The notes: generated by a model not told the origin, from the letters alone. A stretch of DNA of 64,000 nucleotides from an uncultured delta proteobacterium (GCA_963842085.1 CAWJET010000001.1:256001-320000); one strand, 5' to 3'; counted from the first letter of the stretch, positions 45,601 to 54,671 are shown. A program made the numbers and translations.

Positions 45601-46238
45601 GCGTCGAAATGGCGAATCGAGGTGACCAGGTCGTCTTCGAACTCGATGCGAATCGGATTGCGGTACAACGGCGAGAACGCATCGACGATGCCGCCGCGCA
45701 CGCTGAAGTCGCCCGCCTCCTCGGTCTGCGGCACGCGCTGGTAGCCGCAGGCCGCCAGCGCTTCGACCAGCGCGTCGAGGTCCAGCCGATCGCCGATCGC
45801 CACCTTGACGATCGATTCGTCAAACACGGTGCGCGGAATCGTGCGCGTCATCAGCGCTTCGGCCGAGGTGACGACCAGCGGGGACTCATGCCGAAGCATC
45901 GCGAACAGCGCCGCCAGTTGCGACGCCTGCGCGTCGGTCGGCGGCGACAATTGCGCCATCGGCTTGACTTCCCACGAGCGGAGCAGATGCACCCGGCGGG
46001 TGGCGGCGTCGGCGTCGGCCGCCTCACCAAGAAAAAACGCGACCTCTCCCGCGAGAGCCTCGGCTTCCGGGGCGGTTGACGTGACCGTGACGATCGGACG
46101 CCGCAGGCGCATGCGCATCTCGCGGATCATCAGCGCGCCGGCCGCGCCGCGCAGTCCCATCACGGGGAATCGGCGTTCGGTATTTGCCGCAAGCCGCGCT
46201 TCGAGTTCGGCGGCCGCTTCTTTGAGGCTCCGTTGCAA
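42663..46238 (-). CDS. mfd: Transcription-repair coupling factor
   Basis: VHIDHGI (RID), ETPDQ, MDRLICGDAGFGKTEVA, DEEHRFGV, QLRGRVGRS and TRCF C-terminus; likely start TTG 46238. Confidence 0.97.
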   Translation of the reverse strand: MQRSLKEAAAELEARLAANTERRFPVMGLRGAAGALMIREMRMRLRRPIVTVTSTAPEAEALAGEVAFFLGEAADADAATRRVHLLRSWEVKPMAQLSPPTDAQASQLAALFAMLRHESPLVVTSAEALMTRTIPRTVFDESIVKVAIGDRLDLDALVEALAACGYQRVPQTEEAGDFSVRGGIVDAFSPLYRNPIRIEFEDDLVTSIRHFDADSQRSGAELAEATITRTRYVPPSALKDPKLRERVALRAAEIGMVRKEAAELAEALQNGLLFPGAELLMPYAYGRALDSVFDYMPADALLWLVDPGRILAEAGRFADTVNNETAAAAHKPAFHPAPDSLFVGAQAFERALGNFTAAEVGSLVTMAAPREGWAVPVEVKSQNSLRLGANQLSAVRTPPSFEPLATELREVQRGQGRSLMVVEGPHQVARLRRHLEAWDLEVNVECKSFSALLEWPDYRPAIMEGEISAGVVLQEDGLYIYSEEEIFGEPRARRRRRPSAKGALLNLEQLKPDDFVVHIDHGIAKYRGLRHLKVADVEGDFLNLEYAASDTMYVPVERINLVQRYIGGDDAEPKLDKLGSGSWEKVKRRTRQAVLAMAAELLEVYAAREVMEGHAYPAPGVDYEEFASRFEFEETPDQQSAIDDVIRDLTRAKPMDRLICGDAGFGKTEVALRAAFIAVMDGRQVAVLVPTTILAEQHWNTFRERFKDYPVRVEMVSRFRSHKENREVIEEAGRGKVDVIVGTHRLLSSDVQFPRLGLLVIDEEHRFGVVDKERIKKLKKLVPVLTMTATPIPRTLHMAMLGIRDLSVIQTPPPDRQAIRTFVAHFDDATIRDSILRELNRGGQVFFVHNRVENIDYMASHLRSLVPEAKIAIAHGQMKERRLEDVMRDFIEKRVNVLVCSAIIESGLDIPNANTMIVNRADHFGLAQLYQLRGRVGRSRQRAYAYLLIPGEHIITRDAKRRIDALRELVESESGGGFKLAMADLEHRGAGNLLGHEQHGEIAVVGFELYTEMMEEAIAELRGQPQRPDFEPELRIAVPAYIPEAYVSDENERLVLYRRLARAQSEENLGEMRDEMRDRFGPVPTLIENLIAAMNVRRQMKQLMIMSAILKGSQLEIRFHPDAPVDTALLVKLADQNRRTMRLTPAYQVIARIEPGEYEQIFAQLDGVLQALAGCEKLENWPAAKVGPAVN

Positions 46239-46448
46239 CTTTTTCCGATCCGAATACGCAAATTCGCCCTGCGGCGATGCGCGCGAGGAGCGCACATGCC
46301 GCTGGTGTCACGAAGATGATAGCAGAAAATCGGCAGGGGTGACCCCTGCACCCAGTATTAAGAAAAGATGCGGGCGGAGTTTAGCCTGAGCGAAGTCGAA
46401 GGGTCCCGGTTACAACTTGTTGAGCAGAAGCGGTGAGAAGATGTCAGC

Positions 46449-47300
46449 TCAATTCGCCGCGCTCTCCGTCGCCGGCGACGGCGCCGCTCCCGGCGATGCT
46501 GCCGCTAGCGGGATTTTGTTCCCCGCCGCGTCGGTTTCGTAATCGATATGCAGCGCGATCCGCATCGTGCGATGGTATCCGCCGGCCAACGGCCGAATCA
46601 CCGTGATGTAGGTCGTGTCACCCGGCTTGAGATGGCCGAGCGCGTGAAGAATCTCGTCCTTGGTGCGCACCCGCACGTCGTCCACCGCCACGATCAGGTC
46701 GCCCGGCGTGCCCAGCGCCCCTGAGTCCCGCAGCAACGGAAACGTGAGCAGCGCGACGGGGCCCAGCAAGATACTTCCGAGCGCGCCCAGGTCGCCCTTC
46801 GGTGTGCTCCCGGTTCTCCCGATCAGACCCGCGCGCGCCGCCGGGCTGTTGGGGTAGACGCTCACGACTTCGAATCCGTGCTCCTCTCTGCCGAGATAGC
46901 ACTGCGTCGTGTATTCCAGATCGAGCCCGAGATAAGGCCGGTGACTGTCTTCCAAATCGTGCGGATGGAAATTGCGATTGAGTCTCGCGATTTCATCTTG
47001 TCGCGACTGGCGGAACACGCGCTGCTCCTGAGTCTCGCGGCTGTCGGGCGCGGGAACCTTGGCCGACGGTTGCCGCCCTATCTCCAGCGCCGCCGACTCG
47101 CCCGGCTGTCGCGCCGGGATACTCAGGCTCGAGCTGTTGCTCGGCTGTCCCGCCGGGACGCGCAAAGGCGCGTTGTCGTTCGGCTGCGCGGCGATCGAGG
47201 GCGAGGCGTGGTCGTTGGAAGAGTCTGCCGCAAGGATTGCGGATGGAGCGACCAAAACGATTAGCAGCGGCCCGCCGATGAGGACGCTCCGACTTCGCAT
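46449..47300 (-). CDS. Secreted PDZ-domain protein (paralogue 2)
   Basis: Signal peptide; 'PYLGL', 'PNSPAARAGL', 'GDLIVAVDD' and 'LKPGDT' motifs; GAGG SD. Confidence 0.8.
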   Translation of the reverse strand: MRSRSVLIGGPLLIVLVAPSAILAADSSNDHASPSIAAQPNDNAPLRVPAGQPSNSSSLSIPARQPGESAALEIGRQPSAKVPAPDSRETQEQRVFRQSRQDEIARLNRNFHPHDLEDSHRPYLGLDLEYTTQCYLGREEHGFEVVSVYPNSPAARAGLIGRTGSTPKGDLGALGSILLGPVALLTFPLLRDSGALGTPGDLIVAVDDVRVRTKDEILHALGHLKPGDTTYITVIRPLAGGYHRTMRIALHIDYETDAAGNKIPLAAASPGAAPSPATESAAN

Positions 47301-47440
47301 GACCGGTCACCTCGATGCAGATTTCGCGCTCGGGCCTGATAGTAAGTCCGATTTCGGCGAGGCTCAAGGGAGAAAATTACGCTCCCGCGCGTGACCGCGG
47401 TACCGAAGGAACAATCGTGAATGAAATCGTGCGAATCGAG

Positions 47441-48262
47441 TTAGTGCGGGTCGCCTGCCGGCGCCGCATTCGCGATCGGCTCGCCCACCGCGCCGACTTT
47501 CACCGCGATCTTGAGCGTCGCGTGCGGAGCGTGCTCGTCCGTGCCGTTCGGCCGAATGACCGTCAGGTACATCGTGTCGCCCGGCTTGAGGCGCGACATC
47601 GCGGTTTCCAGGTCGCTCTGGTCGCGCACACGCTTATCGTCAACCGCGACGATCAGATCTCCCCCCTGCCCCATCGCTCCCGAACTCGCCAGGGCCCTAT
47701 TGGCCAGGATCGAGCCGCCAGGCAAGATGCCTGTCAGAGTCGAAACCGCCGCGCCGATTGCGGTCATCCCGGAGCGCGCCTGCAAGCCCGCCTGCGCCGC
47801 CGGGCTGTTGGGATCGATGGTCAGCACCTCGAGTCCGTGCTCCTCACCGCCCATGTAGCACTTCGTCACGTACTGCACGGTGATGCCGAGGTAGGGCTGC
47901 GCGTGAGGCCGGTAGCTCTCGCCATTGCCGTTGCCATTGCTATCGATATTGCCGGTGCCGTTCCCGGTGCCCGGGCGGAAGTTGGGCTCGATCGACGCGT
48001 TGTCCTCGCCCGGATTAAAATTCCGGTCGCCGGGTATTTCCTTAACCGCGGGCTTGGGCACCACCCAGCCGGGCTGCGGCGCTATTTCGAGCGTCGCGTC
48101 GTCGCTGCCGCCTTGCCCCGCAATTCCGGGATTGGCGGAATCGGCCCCTCCCTGGGAGCGATTTCGCGATTCCTGGTTCTGCGCGAACGCGGCCTGAGAG
48201 AGCGCGAACAGCGCGGCGGTCGCCACACCCAGCGTAACTATCTTTTGCAACTTCATTTTCAT
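47441..48262 (-). CDS. Secreted PDZ-domain protein (paralogue 1)
   Basis: Signal peptide ending AFA; 'PYLGI', 'PNSPAAQAGL', 'GDLIVAVDD' and 'LKPGDT' motifs. Confidence 0.8.
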   Translation of the reverse strand: MKMKLQKIVTLGVATAALFALSQAAFAQNQESRNRSQGGADSANPGIAGQGGSDDATLEIAPQPGWVVPKPAVKEIPGDRNFNPGEDNASIEPNFRPGTGNGTGNIDSNGNGNGESYRPHAQPYLGITVQYVTKCYMGGEEHGLEVLTIDPNSPAAQAGLQARSGMTAIGAAVSTLTGILPGGSILANRALASSGAMGQGGDLIVAVDDKRVRDQSDLETAMSRLKPGDTMYLTVIRPNGTDEHAPHATLKIAVKVGAVGEPIANAAPAGDPH

Positions 48263-48387
48263 CGCGCTCGGCGAGCGAGCCGACGATCGAGCAACCCTGC
48301 AAATATAAGCCCGCCAGGCGATCTCCTCAAGCCGGACGATTTTTCCTTGAAGCTCGCGCAAAACGATGCGAAAGTTTGATGCGCTCG

Positions 48388-49401
48388 ATGAAAATAAGAT
48401 CCACAGTCGCGCTACAGCCCGCGCAACGCGCCGCGATTTCCGGTGCGCTGCCCGGCATCGAGATCGACCTGGCCGATCGCCAGTGCCGGACGGCCGAAGA
48501 AGTCGGCGAGTTCGTGAGCGCCGGATGCGACGTGCTGCTCACGTTTCGCGTGCCCAACGACATCGCGAATCGCGCGCGCGGCCTGAAATGGATTCAGCTG
48601 CTGAGCGCCGGCGCCGACCACGTACTCGGCGGAGCGCTTAAAGGAAGCGCGATTCCAATCACGACTGCGAGCGGAATTCATGCGACACCGATCGCGGAAT
48701 ATACGATGGCCTCGATGCTCGCGTATGCGCATCGGATTCACCTGGCGCTTCGGGCACAGATACGCCGCGAGTGGATGCGCTCGGGCGCTTTCATGGCCGG
48801 CGTCGACGACATCCGCGGGACGACGCTGGGCATCATCGGCTACGGCTCGATTGGCCGGGAAACGGCGCGGCTCGCGGCCGCATTCGGAATGAACGTGCTG
48901 GCGCTCAAGCGCAACCCGGCCGACCGCGTCGATCCCGGATGGTGTCCGGCGGGGCTGGGCGATCCCGAAGGCAGTATTCCCGCCCGCTTCTACGGTTCCG
49001 ACGAGCGCGAAGCGATTCTCCGCGAATCCGACTACGTATCCGTCACGCTCCCGCTTACCGATCACACGCGCAAGTTTATCGGCGAGCGGGAATTCGCCGC
49101 GATGAAGCCCGGCGCCTACCTCGTCAACATCGGGCGCGGCGAAGTGATCGACGAGCGCGCGATGGCCACAGCGCTAACCGCAGGCAAGATTGGCGGCGCC
49201 GGCCTCGACGTGTTCGAGCACGAACCGCTGGAAGCCACGAGCCCGTTGTGGGACATGGAAAATGTAATCCTGACCCCGCACATCTCTGGCGCCAATCGCG
49301 GCTACATGGACAAAGCCTGCCAACTGTTCGTGGACAACCTGAAGCGCTTCGCCGCCGATCGCCCGCTACTGAACCTGGTCGATCCAAAACTCGGCTACTA
49401 G
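48388..49401 (+). CDS. D-2-hydroxyacid dehydrogenase
   Basis: GIIGYGSIG, VNIGRG, LDVFEHEPL and TPHISG motifs. Confidence 0.93.
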   Translation: MKIRSTVALQPAQRAAISGALPGIEIDLADRQCRTAEEVGEFVSAGCDVLLTFRVPNDIANRARGLKWIQLLSAGADHVLGGALKGSAIPITTASGIHATPIAEYTMASMLAYAHRIHLALRAQIRREWMRSGAFMAGVDDIRGTTLGIIGYGSIGRETARLAAAFGMNVLALKRNPADRVDPGWCPAGLGDPEGSIPARFYGSDEREAILRESDYVSVTLPLTDHTRKFIGEREFAAMKPGAYLVNIGRGEVIDERAMATALTAGKIGGAGLDVFEHEPLEATSPLWDMENVILTPHISGANRGYMDKACQLFVDNLKRFAADRPLLNLVDPKLGY

Positions 49402-49411
49402 TGGTCTGTCG

Positions 49412-49449
49412 CCTCCTAACCTCTCCTTGTCCGAGGAGAGGTCAGGATT
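49412..49449. repeat. REP-like hairpin related to the elements at 31.8-32.0 kb
   Basis: TCCTAACCTCTCC-loop-GGAGAGGTCAGGATT; shares AGGAGAGGTCAGGATT with 31873-31888. Confidence 0.65.
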
Positions 49450-49510
49450 CGGACAGGGACGCTAAGGCGCGGGTTTCGCTATCAATAAAAAGGGCGCTGT
49501 CGCACCTTGT

Positions 49511-49678
49511 TCATGGACGCCTCAGGAATCTCGAGTAGAACGCTGCGAACACCAAAACGATTCCAATATTCACTGTCAGCCGTTCCCAGAATCGGTTTCT
49601 GAAGAACACGAAATCTACACCGACTATGACGGCTGCCATCGCCACCACGTAAAGCACGATAGCCACCTGTCTGCCCAT
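49511..49678 (-). CDS. 55-aa two-helix membrane protein (absent from the ORF track)
   Basis: Manual translation: MGRQVAIVLYVVAMAAVIVGVDFVFFRNRFWERLTVNIGIVLVFAAFYSRFLRRP*; AGGGA SD. Confidence 0.75.
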   Translation of the reverse strand: MGRQVAIVLYVVAMAAVIVGVDFVFFRNRFWERLTVNIGIVLVFAAFYSRFLRRP

Positions 49679-49706
49679 TTCAGTCCCTGGTTCAATCGTA
49701 ATTCAT

Positions 49707-51185
49707 TTAAGTCGTTCCACTCTCCTGAGTTTTCAGCGCCGCCAAAAATCGTTCCTTCAATCCGTCGAACGGCCCGTTCGACATGAAGAGCGCGACGTCG
49801 CCCGCGCGCGCGTCGGCGAGCATCCGCGCGAGGATCTCATCGTTCGACGCGCAGGCGACTGCGCTCGCACCGCGCGCGCTGATCGCACTAGCAAGCGCGC
49901 CGGTTTCGAGCCGCTCGCCCGCCGCAATCGGATCGTTCTCCTTGAAATATACCGGGCCCAGGTAAACGCGCGAGGCTCGATCGAACGCGGCCGCGAACGC
50001 ATTTTGAAAAACGTTGCGCCGCGCAGTGTTCGAGCGAGGCTCGAACGCCGCAAGTATCCGCCGGCCGGGAAACCGTTCCGCAATCGCTTCGAGCGTGACG
50101 CCGATCGCCGTCGGATGGTGCGCAAAGTCGTCGACCACCGTCACTCCTGCCGCCTTTCCGATAACCTGCTGCCGGCGCACGACCCCTTTGAAGGTGCGCA
50201 GCCCGCCGGCGATCTCCTCGCCGGAGACCCCAAGCGAACTCAGCAGCACGTAAACGCCGAGTGCGTTGGCGACATTCATCCGGCCGCCAATCGGAAGATG
50301 GATTGCATCGTGGATTCGCACGCCGGCACGCGTCACCGAAAATCTTGCCCCTTCAGCGCCCACCGCGATGTCCGCCGCGCGGTACTCGCCCTCGCGCAGC
50401 CCGTACGTGACCCGCCGCGCGCGCGCCGCCGCGCTGACCTCGAGCGCGTGCGGAAAGTCGGCGCACACCGCAAGCACGCGCGACGAATCCATCTGCTCGA
50501 CGAGCGCGCGAAAACTCGATTTCACATGCTCGAGATCGCGATAGATATCTGCGTGATCGAATTCGACCGCCGTTATGATCGCGCCGGCGGCCCGGTAATG
50601 CAGAAACTTCGGCCCCTTGTCGAAAAACGCCGTGTCGTACTCGTCGCCCTCGATCACAAAGTCGGCGCCGCGACCAAGCCGGTAGTTCGAGCCAAAATCG
50701 CTGGCCACTCCTCCCACCAGCATCGAGGGATCGCGCCCCGCCGCTTCGAGCACGTGCGCCATCATCGCGGTCGAGGTGGTCTTGCCGTGTGTCCCCGCGA
50801 CCATCAGCACGCGCCGGCCCTTTAGGAAAAAATGCCACAACGCCTCGGGCATCGAAAGATAAGGAATCGGCGATGCGAGCAGCGCCACGGCTTCGGGATT
50901 GGTCGGCACGATCGCATTGCCGACTATCACCAGGTCGGGCGCGGGCGACAGGTTCGCGGGCGAAAATCCCGTCATCAATCCGACTCGCGAGTTTCTTAGC
51001 AGCGACGCCGTCGGCTCGTAGAGCTGATTGTCGGAGCCCGTGACCGACAGGCCGCGCTCGACGAGCATTCCGGCCAGCGCGGCCATCGCGGTGCCGCCGA
51101 CTCCGATCAGATGCACGCGCCTGACGGTGTCTGGAATGCGCGCGAGGCGCGCGGCGCTGCCGGAATCAGCCACCTTCGAGCGCAT
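49707..51185 (-). CDS. mpl: Murein peptide ligase (UDP-MurNAc:L-Ala-gamma-D-Glu-mDAP ligase)
   Basis: GVGGTAMAALA, GTHGKTTST, EGDEYDTAFFDKGPKF, DDFAHHPTAI, FEPRSNT and MSNG motifs (Mpl rather than MurC). Confidence 0.92.
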   Translation of the reverse strand: MRSKVADSGSAARLARIPDTVRRVHLIGVGGTAMAALAGMLVERGLSVTGSDNQLYEPTASLLRNSRVGLMTGFSPANLSPAPDLVIVGNAIVPTNPEAVALLASPIPYLSMPEALWHFFLKGRRVLMVAGTHGKTTSTAMMAHVLEAAGRDPSMLVGGVASDFGSNYRLGRGADFVIEGDEYDTAFFDKGPKFLHYRAAGAIITAVEFDHADIYRDLEHVKSSFRALVEQMDSSRVLAVCADFPHALEVSAAARARRVTYGLREGEYRAADIAVGAEGARFSVTRAGVRIHDAIHLPIGGRMNVANALGVYVLLSSLGVSGEEIAGGLRTFKGVVRRQQVIGKAAGVTVVDDFAHHPTAIGVTLEAIAERFPGRRILAAFEPRSNTARRNVFQNAFAAAFDRASRVYLGPVYFKENDPIAAGERLETGALASAISARGASAVACASNDEILARMLADARAGDVALFMSNGPFDGLKERFLAALKTQESGTT

Positions 51186-52323
51186 CCATGATCAAATCGT
51201 GAATCTTCGGGCGGAACTCGCGAATCTTTTGATTGTCGCGCCGCGGATGAACGCGATTGGTCAGGATCGAGATCGCCACTTCGCTCTCCGGCTCGATCCA
51301 GATCGAAGTGCCGGTGAAGCCGAGATGCCCCACTGCCGCCGGCGAGAATCGATGCCCCGAGCTGGAGTGCTCCGCCGACGGCGTGTCCCATCCGAGCGCC
51401 CAGGTCGAGCCGGGCACGGTCGCATCGCGCGTCCAGAATTCGCGGATTATCTTTTGCGGCACGAAATCCGAGCGTCCCGCGTAGCACGCGATCAGCTCGC
51501 GCGCGATACGATCGACCTCGCGCACGGGCGCGAACAATCCGGCATGACCCGCGACTCCGCCCATCGCGAACGCATTCTCGTCGTCAACCTCGCCGACCAG
51601 CAGCCGCTTGCGCGAAGGACACATTTCGGTCGGCGCAAACATGTCAGCGACCGGCTCCAGGCGCCGCGAGCGGACGTGTGAGATGTCGATATAGTCGGTC
51701 GCGCGCAGGTCCAATGGGCGGAAAATTTTCTCGCGGCAGAACCGGTTGAGCGCGATGCTGGCGACCTTTTCGATCGTCTCGCCCAGCAAGATGAACCCGA
51801 GGTCCGAGTAGATACTCCTGGTCGCCGCCGTGGCCTCGGGCTTCTCGCGATGAATCTCCTCGTAGACGAACTCTTTGGCGCCGTAGCTCGCCATGAAATT
51901 GACCCGCCCGCCTTTTTCGATCTCCGCGATCCGCTGGTAGAACGGCCGCCACGCCGCCAGGCCGGAGCAATGCGCCAGCAGATGGCGAAAGGTGATCGTG
52001 GTTTTGCCGTGCACGCCAAAATTCGGGAAAAAGCGCGTCGCCCGATCGTCGAGGCGAAATTTGCCGTCGCGCGCCAGGATCATCAGCGCGACGGTCGTCG
52101 CCAGAGCCTTGGTCAGCGACGACAGGTCGTAAACGGTTTCGATTTTGGCCGGCGAGCGGCTTGGCTCGATCGATCGAAATCCGAATGCGCCCTCGAACGC
52201 GACCTCTGCACCGCGCCGCACGACGACCGTCGCGCCTGGAATCACCCGCTGCTCGACCGCGTCGTTGAAAGCCTGCTCGACCTCACTCCATCCCAACGCG
52301 CTATCCTCCGCAAATCCTGCCAC
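51166..52323 (-). CDS. Serine hydrolase, beta-lactamase/AmiE-like family
   Basis: SxxK (SLTK), LLAHCSGL, YSDLGF, GEVDDENA, GVAGHAGLF and GHLGFTGTS motifs; GTG start overlaps the ldcA stop. Confidence 0.88.
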   Translation of the reverse strand: MAGFAEDSALGWSEVEQAFNDAVEQRVIPGATVVVRRGAEVAFEGAFGFRSIEPSRSPAKIETVYDLSSLTKALATTVALMILARDGKFRLDDRATRFFPNFGVHGKTTITFRHLLAHCSGLAAWRPFYQRIAEIEKGGRVNFMASYGAKEFVYEEIHREKPEATAATRSIYSDLGFILLGETIEKVASIALNRFCREKIFRPLDLRATDYIDISHVRSRRLEPVADMFAPTEMCPSRKRLLVGEVDDENAFAMGGVAGHAGLFAPVREVDRIARELIACYAGRSDFVPQKIIREFWTRDATVPGSTWALGWDTPSAEHSSSGHRFSPAAVGHLGFTGTSIWIEPESEVAISILTNRVHPRRDNQKIREFRPKIHDLIMDALEGG

Positions 52324-53249
52324 TACCGCGTCACGGCCGGCTCGGTAAAAATGATCCGGCGTGCGGCGGAATCGATTCGCGCCACCACGCCGAATGGAAT
52401 CGTGAAATTTTCGGTGCCATGCCCGGCCTCGACGCCGTACAGCACCGGGCATCCCAGACCCGCCGTCTGCTCGGCGGCGAAGCGCGCGATCAGGCGCGTC
52501 TCCTGCTCGTTGCCGTCGATCGCGCGAATCGCCCCGAAGACAACTCCCGCCACTCGCTCGAGCGCGCCGCTTTGGCGCAATTGCACCAGCATCCTGTCAA
52601 TTCGATAAGCCTTCTCGCCCGTGTCTTCGAGGAACAGGATTCGCCCGTCGAAGCGTGGCTCGTAGGGTGTGCCAATCATGGCGACCAATACCGACAAGCA
52701 CCCGCCGATCACCTCGCCCTGTGCGCTGCCGGGATGCATCGCTTCGCGCGCCTCGAGCTCGAAGCCGTCGAGCTTGCCGCTGAGCAGCCCCTGGATGTGC
52801 TCCAGCGCGCGCGGACTCAGGCCTCGCGCAAAATCCATCGCGACCATCGGTCCGTGAAAGGATACCATCCCCGCGAAATCGACCAGCGCATTAAGCAGGA
52901 AGGTCGCATCAGAAAAGCCGACGAAGACTTTGGGTGTGCCGGCGATCGCCTTGAAATCGAGCAGCGGCAACAGTCGCCCGCATCCGTAACCGCCGCGCGC
53001 GGAAAAGATCGCCTTGACCTCGGGGTCGGCGAAGTATTCGCGAAGCTCGTTCGCCCGTTCGCGATCGTCGCCGGCCAGAATCCCCGAACGCGCCAGCGCG
53101 CGCTCCGAAACTCTGACCCGGTAGCCCATCGAGGCGAGCACGTTGACGCCGCGCTCGAGATGCGCCGGTTCGATCGCCGCGGCGGGCGCGACGACCGCCA
53201 CTGTATCGCCCGGTTTGAGCGCGTTGGATTTGATCGGTTTGCGGTTCAC
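52323..53249 (-). CDS. ldcA: LD-carboxypeptidase (S66)
   Basis: ARGGYG, GFSDAT, HGPM, LFLED and GHG motifs. Confidence 0.92.
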   Translation of the reverse strand: MNRKPIKSNALKPGDTVAVVAPAAAIEPAHLERGVNVLASMGYRVRVSERALARSGILAGDDRERANELREYFADPEVKAIFSARGGYGCGRLLPLLDFKAIAGTPKVFVGFSDATFLLNALVDFAGMVSFHGPMVAMDFARGLSPRALEHIQGLLSGKLDGFELEAREAMHPGSAQGEVIGGCLSVLVAMIGTPYEPRFDGRILFLEDTGEKAYRIDRMLVQLRQSGALERVAGVVFGAIRAIDGNEQETRLIARFAAEQTAGLGCPVLYGVEAGHGTENFTIPFGVVARIDSAARRIIFTEPAVTR

Positions 53250-53329
53250 GCTATCTTGCCCCGAATCCTACCAGATGGTGCGTTCGAACGCCCGTCAGTC
53301 GTGCGAATTGCGCCACTTCTCGCTTCGGC

Positions 53330-54643
53330 TCACTCGTCGGCCCCGGCGACGGACGGCGTCGCACGCTCCGCTATCCCGGTAAGCGAACCGACCTCGGACA
53401 GACCGAGCAGCGCCGCCGTGACCCACAGACCCGCCGCTCCGATCGCTATCGTCGCGCGCAGCCCGATAATCTCACCGGCAACTCCCGCGGCGAGCTGCCC
53501 GACCAGCACACTGCCGAGGCTGACGAAGCGCAGGCTCGCATTCACACGGCCGAGCATCGGCTGCGGCGTGATCGTCTGGATCAGGCTGACAGCGTTGATG
53601 AGGTACATGGTCGCGGCGCCGTCACCTATTAGCTGCTGAGCGACCAGCAGCGCGATCGAACCGGTACCGGCGCCCCGCGCTATCGGCAGCAGCATGAGCG
53701 CGACGCCTTCGATCGCGAGTCCCGCGACCATCGCCATCCCGGTGCCCAGCATGTCGGCAGCCCGCCGCGCAGCCAGCGCACCGAACAGCGAGCTGGCGCC
53801 TCCGACCGCAAAGATCACACCGAGCAAGCCCGGCCGGAAGCCGAGTGCGTTGATGACAAACAGCATGTACATCGTGGAGACCAGGCTGTTCGCAAATCCG
53901 CCCACGATCGCGATCATTCCGAACGCGCGCAGACGACTGTCGTGGAATATCAGACGCGCGCCGGCCGCGATCTCGCGGGCTACGCTGGCGTCGCGGGCGC
54001 GTGGCGCAGGGGCCGGTTCGGGCTTGCGGATGAGCGCAATCGCGAGGGCAGACGCGAGGAATGAAATCGCGTCGATCAGAATTGCGAAGGGCGCGGTCAG
54101 CCACTGGACCAGCCAGCCCGAAAGCGCGAAGCCGCCGGCCTCCGCCACTCCGGCGCTGGCCGTGAGCTTGCTGTTCGCGTCGAGCAGATCTTCGCGCGCG
54201 ACCAGCGAGGGCAGATAGGAGCGGTAGGCGACGTCGAAGAAGAGGTCCAGCGCCGAGTAGGCGAGGATTACCGCGTAGAGCTGCGGCATCGTCAGCGCCG
54301 CGAACATCGCGGCAATCGGGATCGTGCCCAACACGATGAAGCGGCCGATATCCGTGCCGATCAGAATCGGGCGCCGTCGCATACGATCGACCAACACGCC
54401 CGCGAACAGGCCCAGCACCAGCGTCGGCACAATGCGCGCCGCGGCGAGGATGCCAATCTGCCACGGAGTCGCCTTGAGCGCGATCACGGCGGCAAAGCCG
54501 ATTGCGACATCGCCCATCCGCGTGCCGAACAGCGAGACCGTTTCTCCGGTCCACAGTTTCATGAAGTCGGCGTGGCGAAAGAGCAGGCTCCTTCGGCTCA
54601 AGGCGCCGCCGATTGATTGGTTGTCGTTTTCGTTCGAGTGCAT
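53330..54643 (-). CDS. MFS transporter (DHA3/MFS_3-like)
   Basis: About 12 TM segments; 'DFMKLWTGETVSLFG', motif A 'GVLVDRMRRRPIL' and 'MLGRVNA'. Confidence 0.9.
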   Translation of the reverse strand: MHSNENDNQSIGGALSRRSLLFRHADFMKLWTGETVSLFGTRMGDVAIGFAAVIALKATPWQIGILAAARIVPTLVLGLFAGVLVDRMRRRPILIGTDIGRFIVLGTIPIAAMFAALTMPQLYAVILAYSALDLFFDVAYRSYLPSLVAREDLLDANSKLTASAGVAEAGGFALSGWLVQWLTAPFAILIDAISFLASALAIALIRKPEPAPAPRARDASVAREIAAGARLIFHDSRLRAFGMIAIVGGFANSLVSTMYMLFVINALGFRPGLLGVIFAVGGASSLFGALAARRAADMLGTGMAMVAGLAIEGVALMLLPIARGAGTGSIALLVAQQLIGDGAATMYLINAVSLIQTITPQPMLGRVNASLRFVSLGSVLVGQLAAGVAGEIIGLRATIAIGAAGLWVTAALLGLSEVGSLTGIAERATPSVAGADE

Positions 54644-54671
54644 CGCAAGTCTCACACGCGGCGCGCCGCGC

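Noticed and set aside
43242-46079. 945-aa + strand ORF, and similar long antisense ORFs over ftsH, eno, purD, uvrA and surA
   Set aside because: Shadow frames of well-supported genes in high-GC DNA, with no recognisable motifs.
46333-46349. Palindrome GCAGGGGTGACCCCTGC upstream of mfd
   Set aside because: The dyad is real, but it is a single copy with no U tract or recognisable operator, so no function can be supported.
51166-52323. Calling the serine hydrolase an antibiotic-resistance beta-lactamase
   Set aside because: No signal peptide, YSD/HLG motifs instead of class C YxN/KTG, and a peptidoglycan-recycling context.
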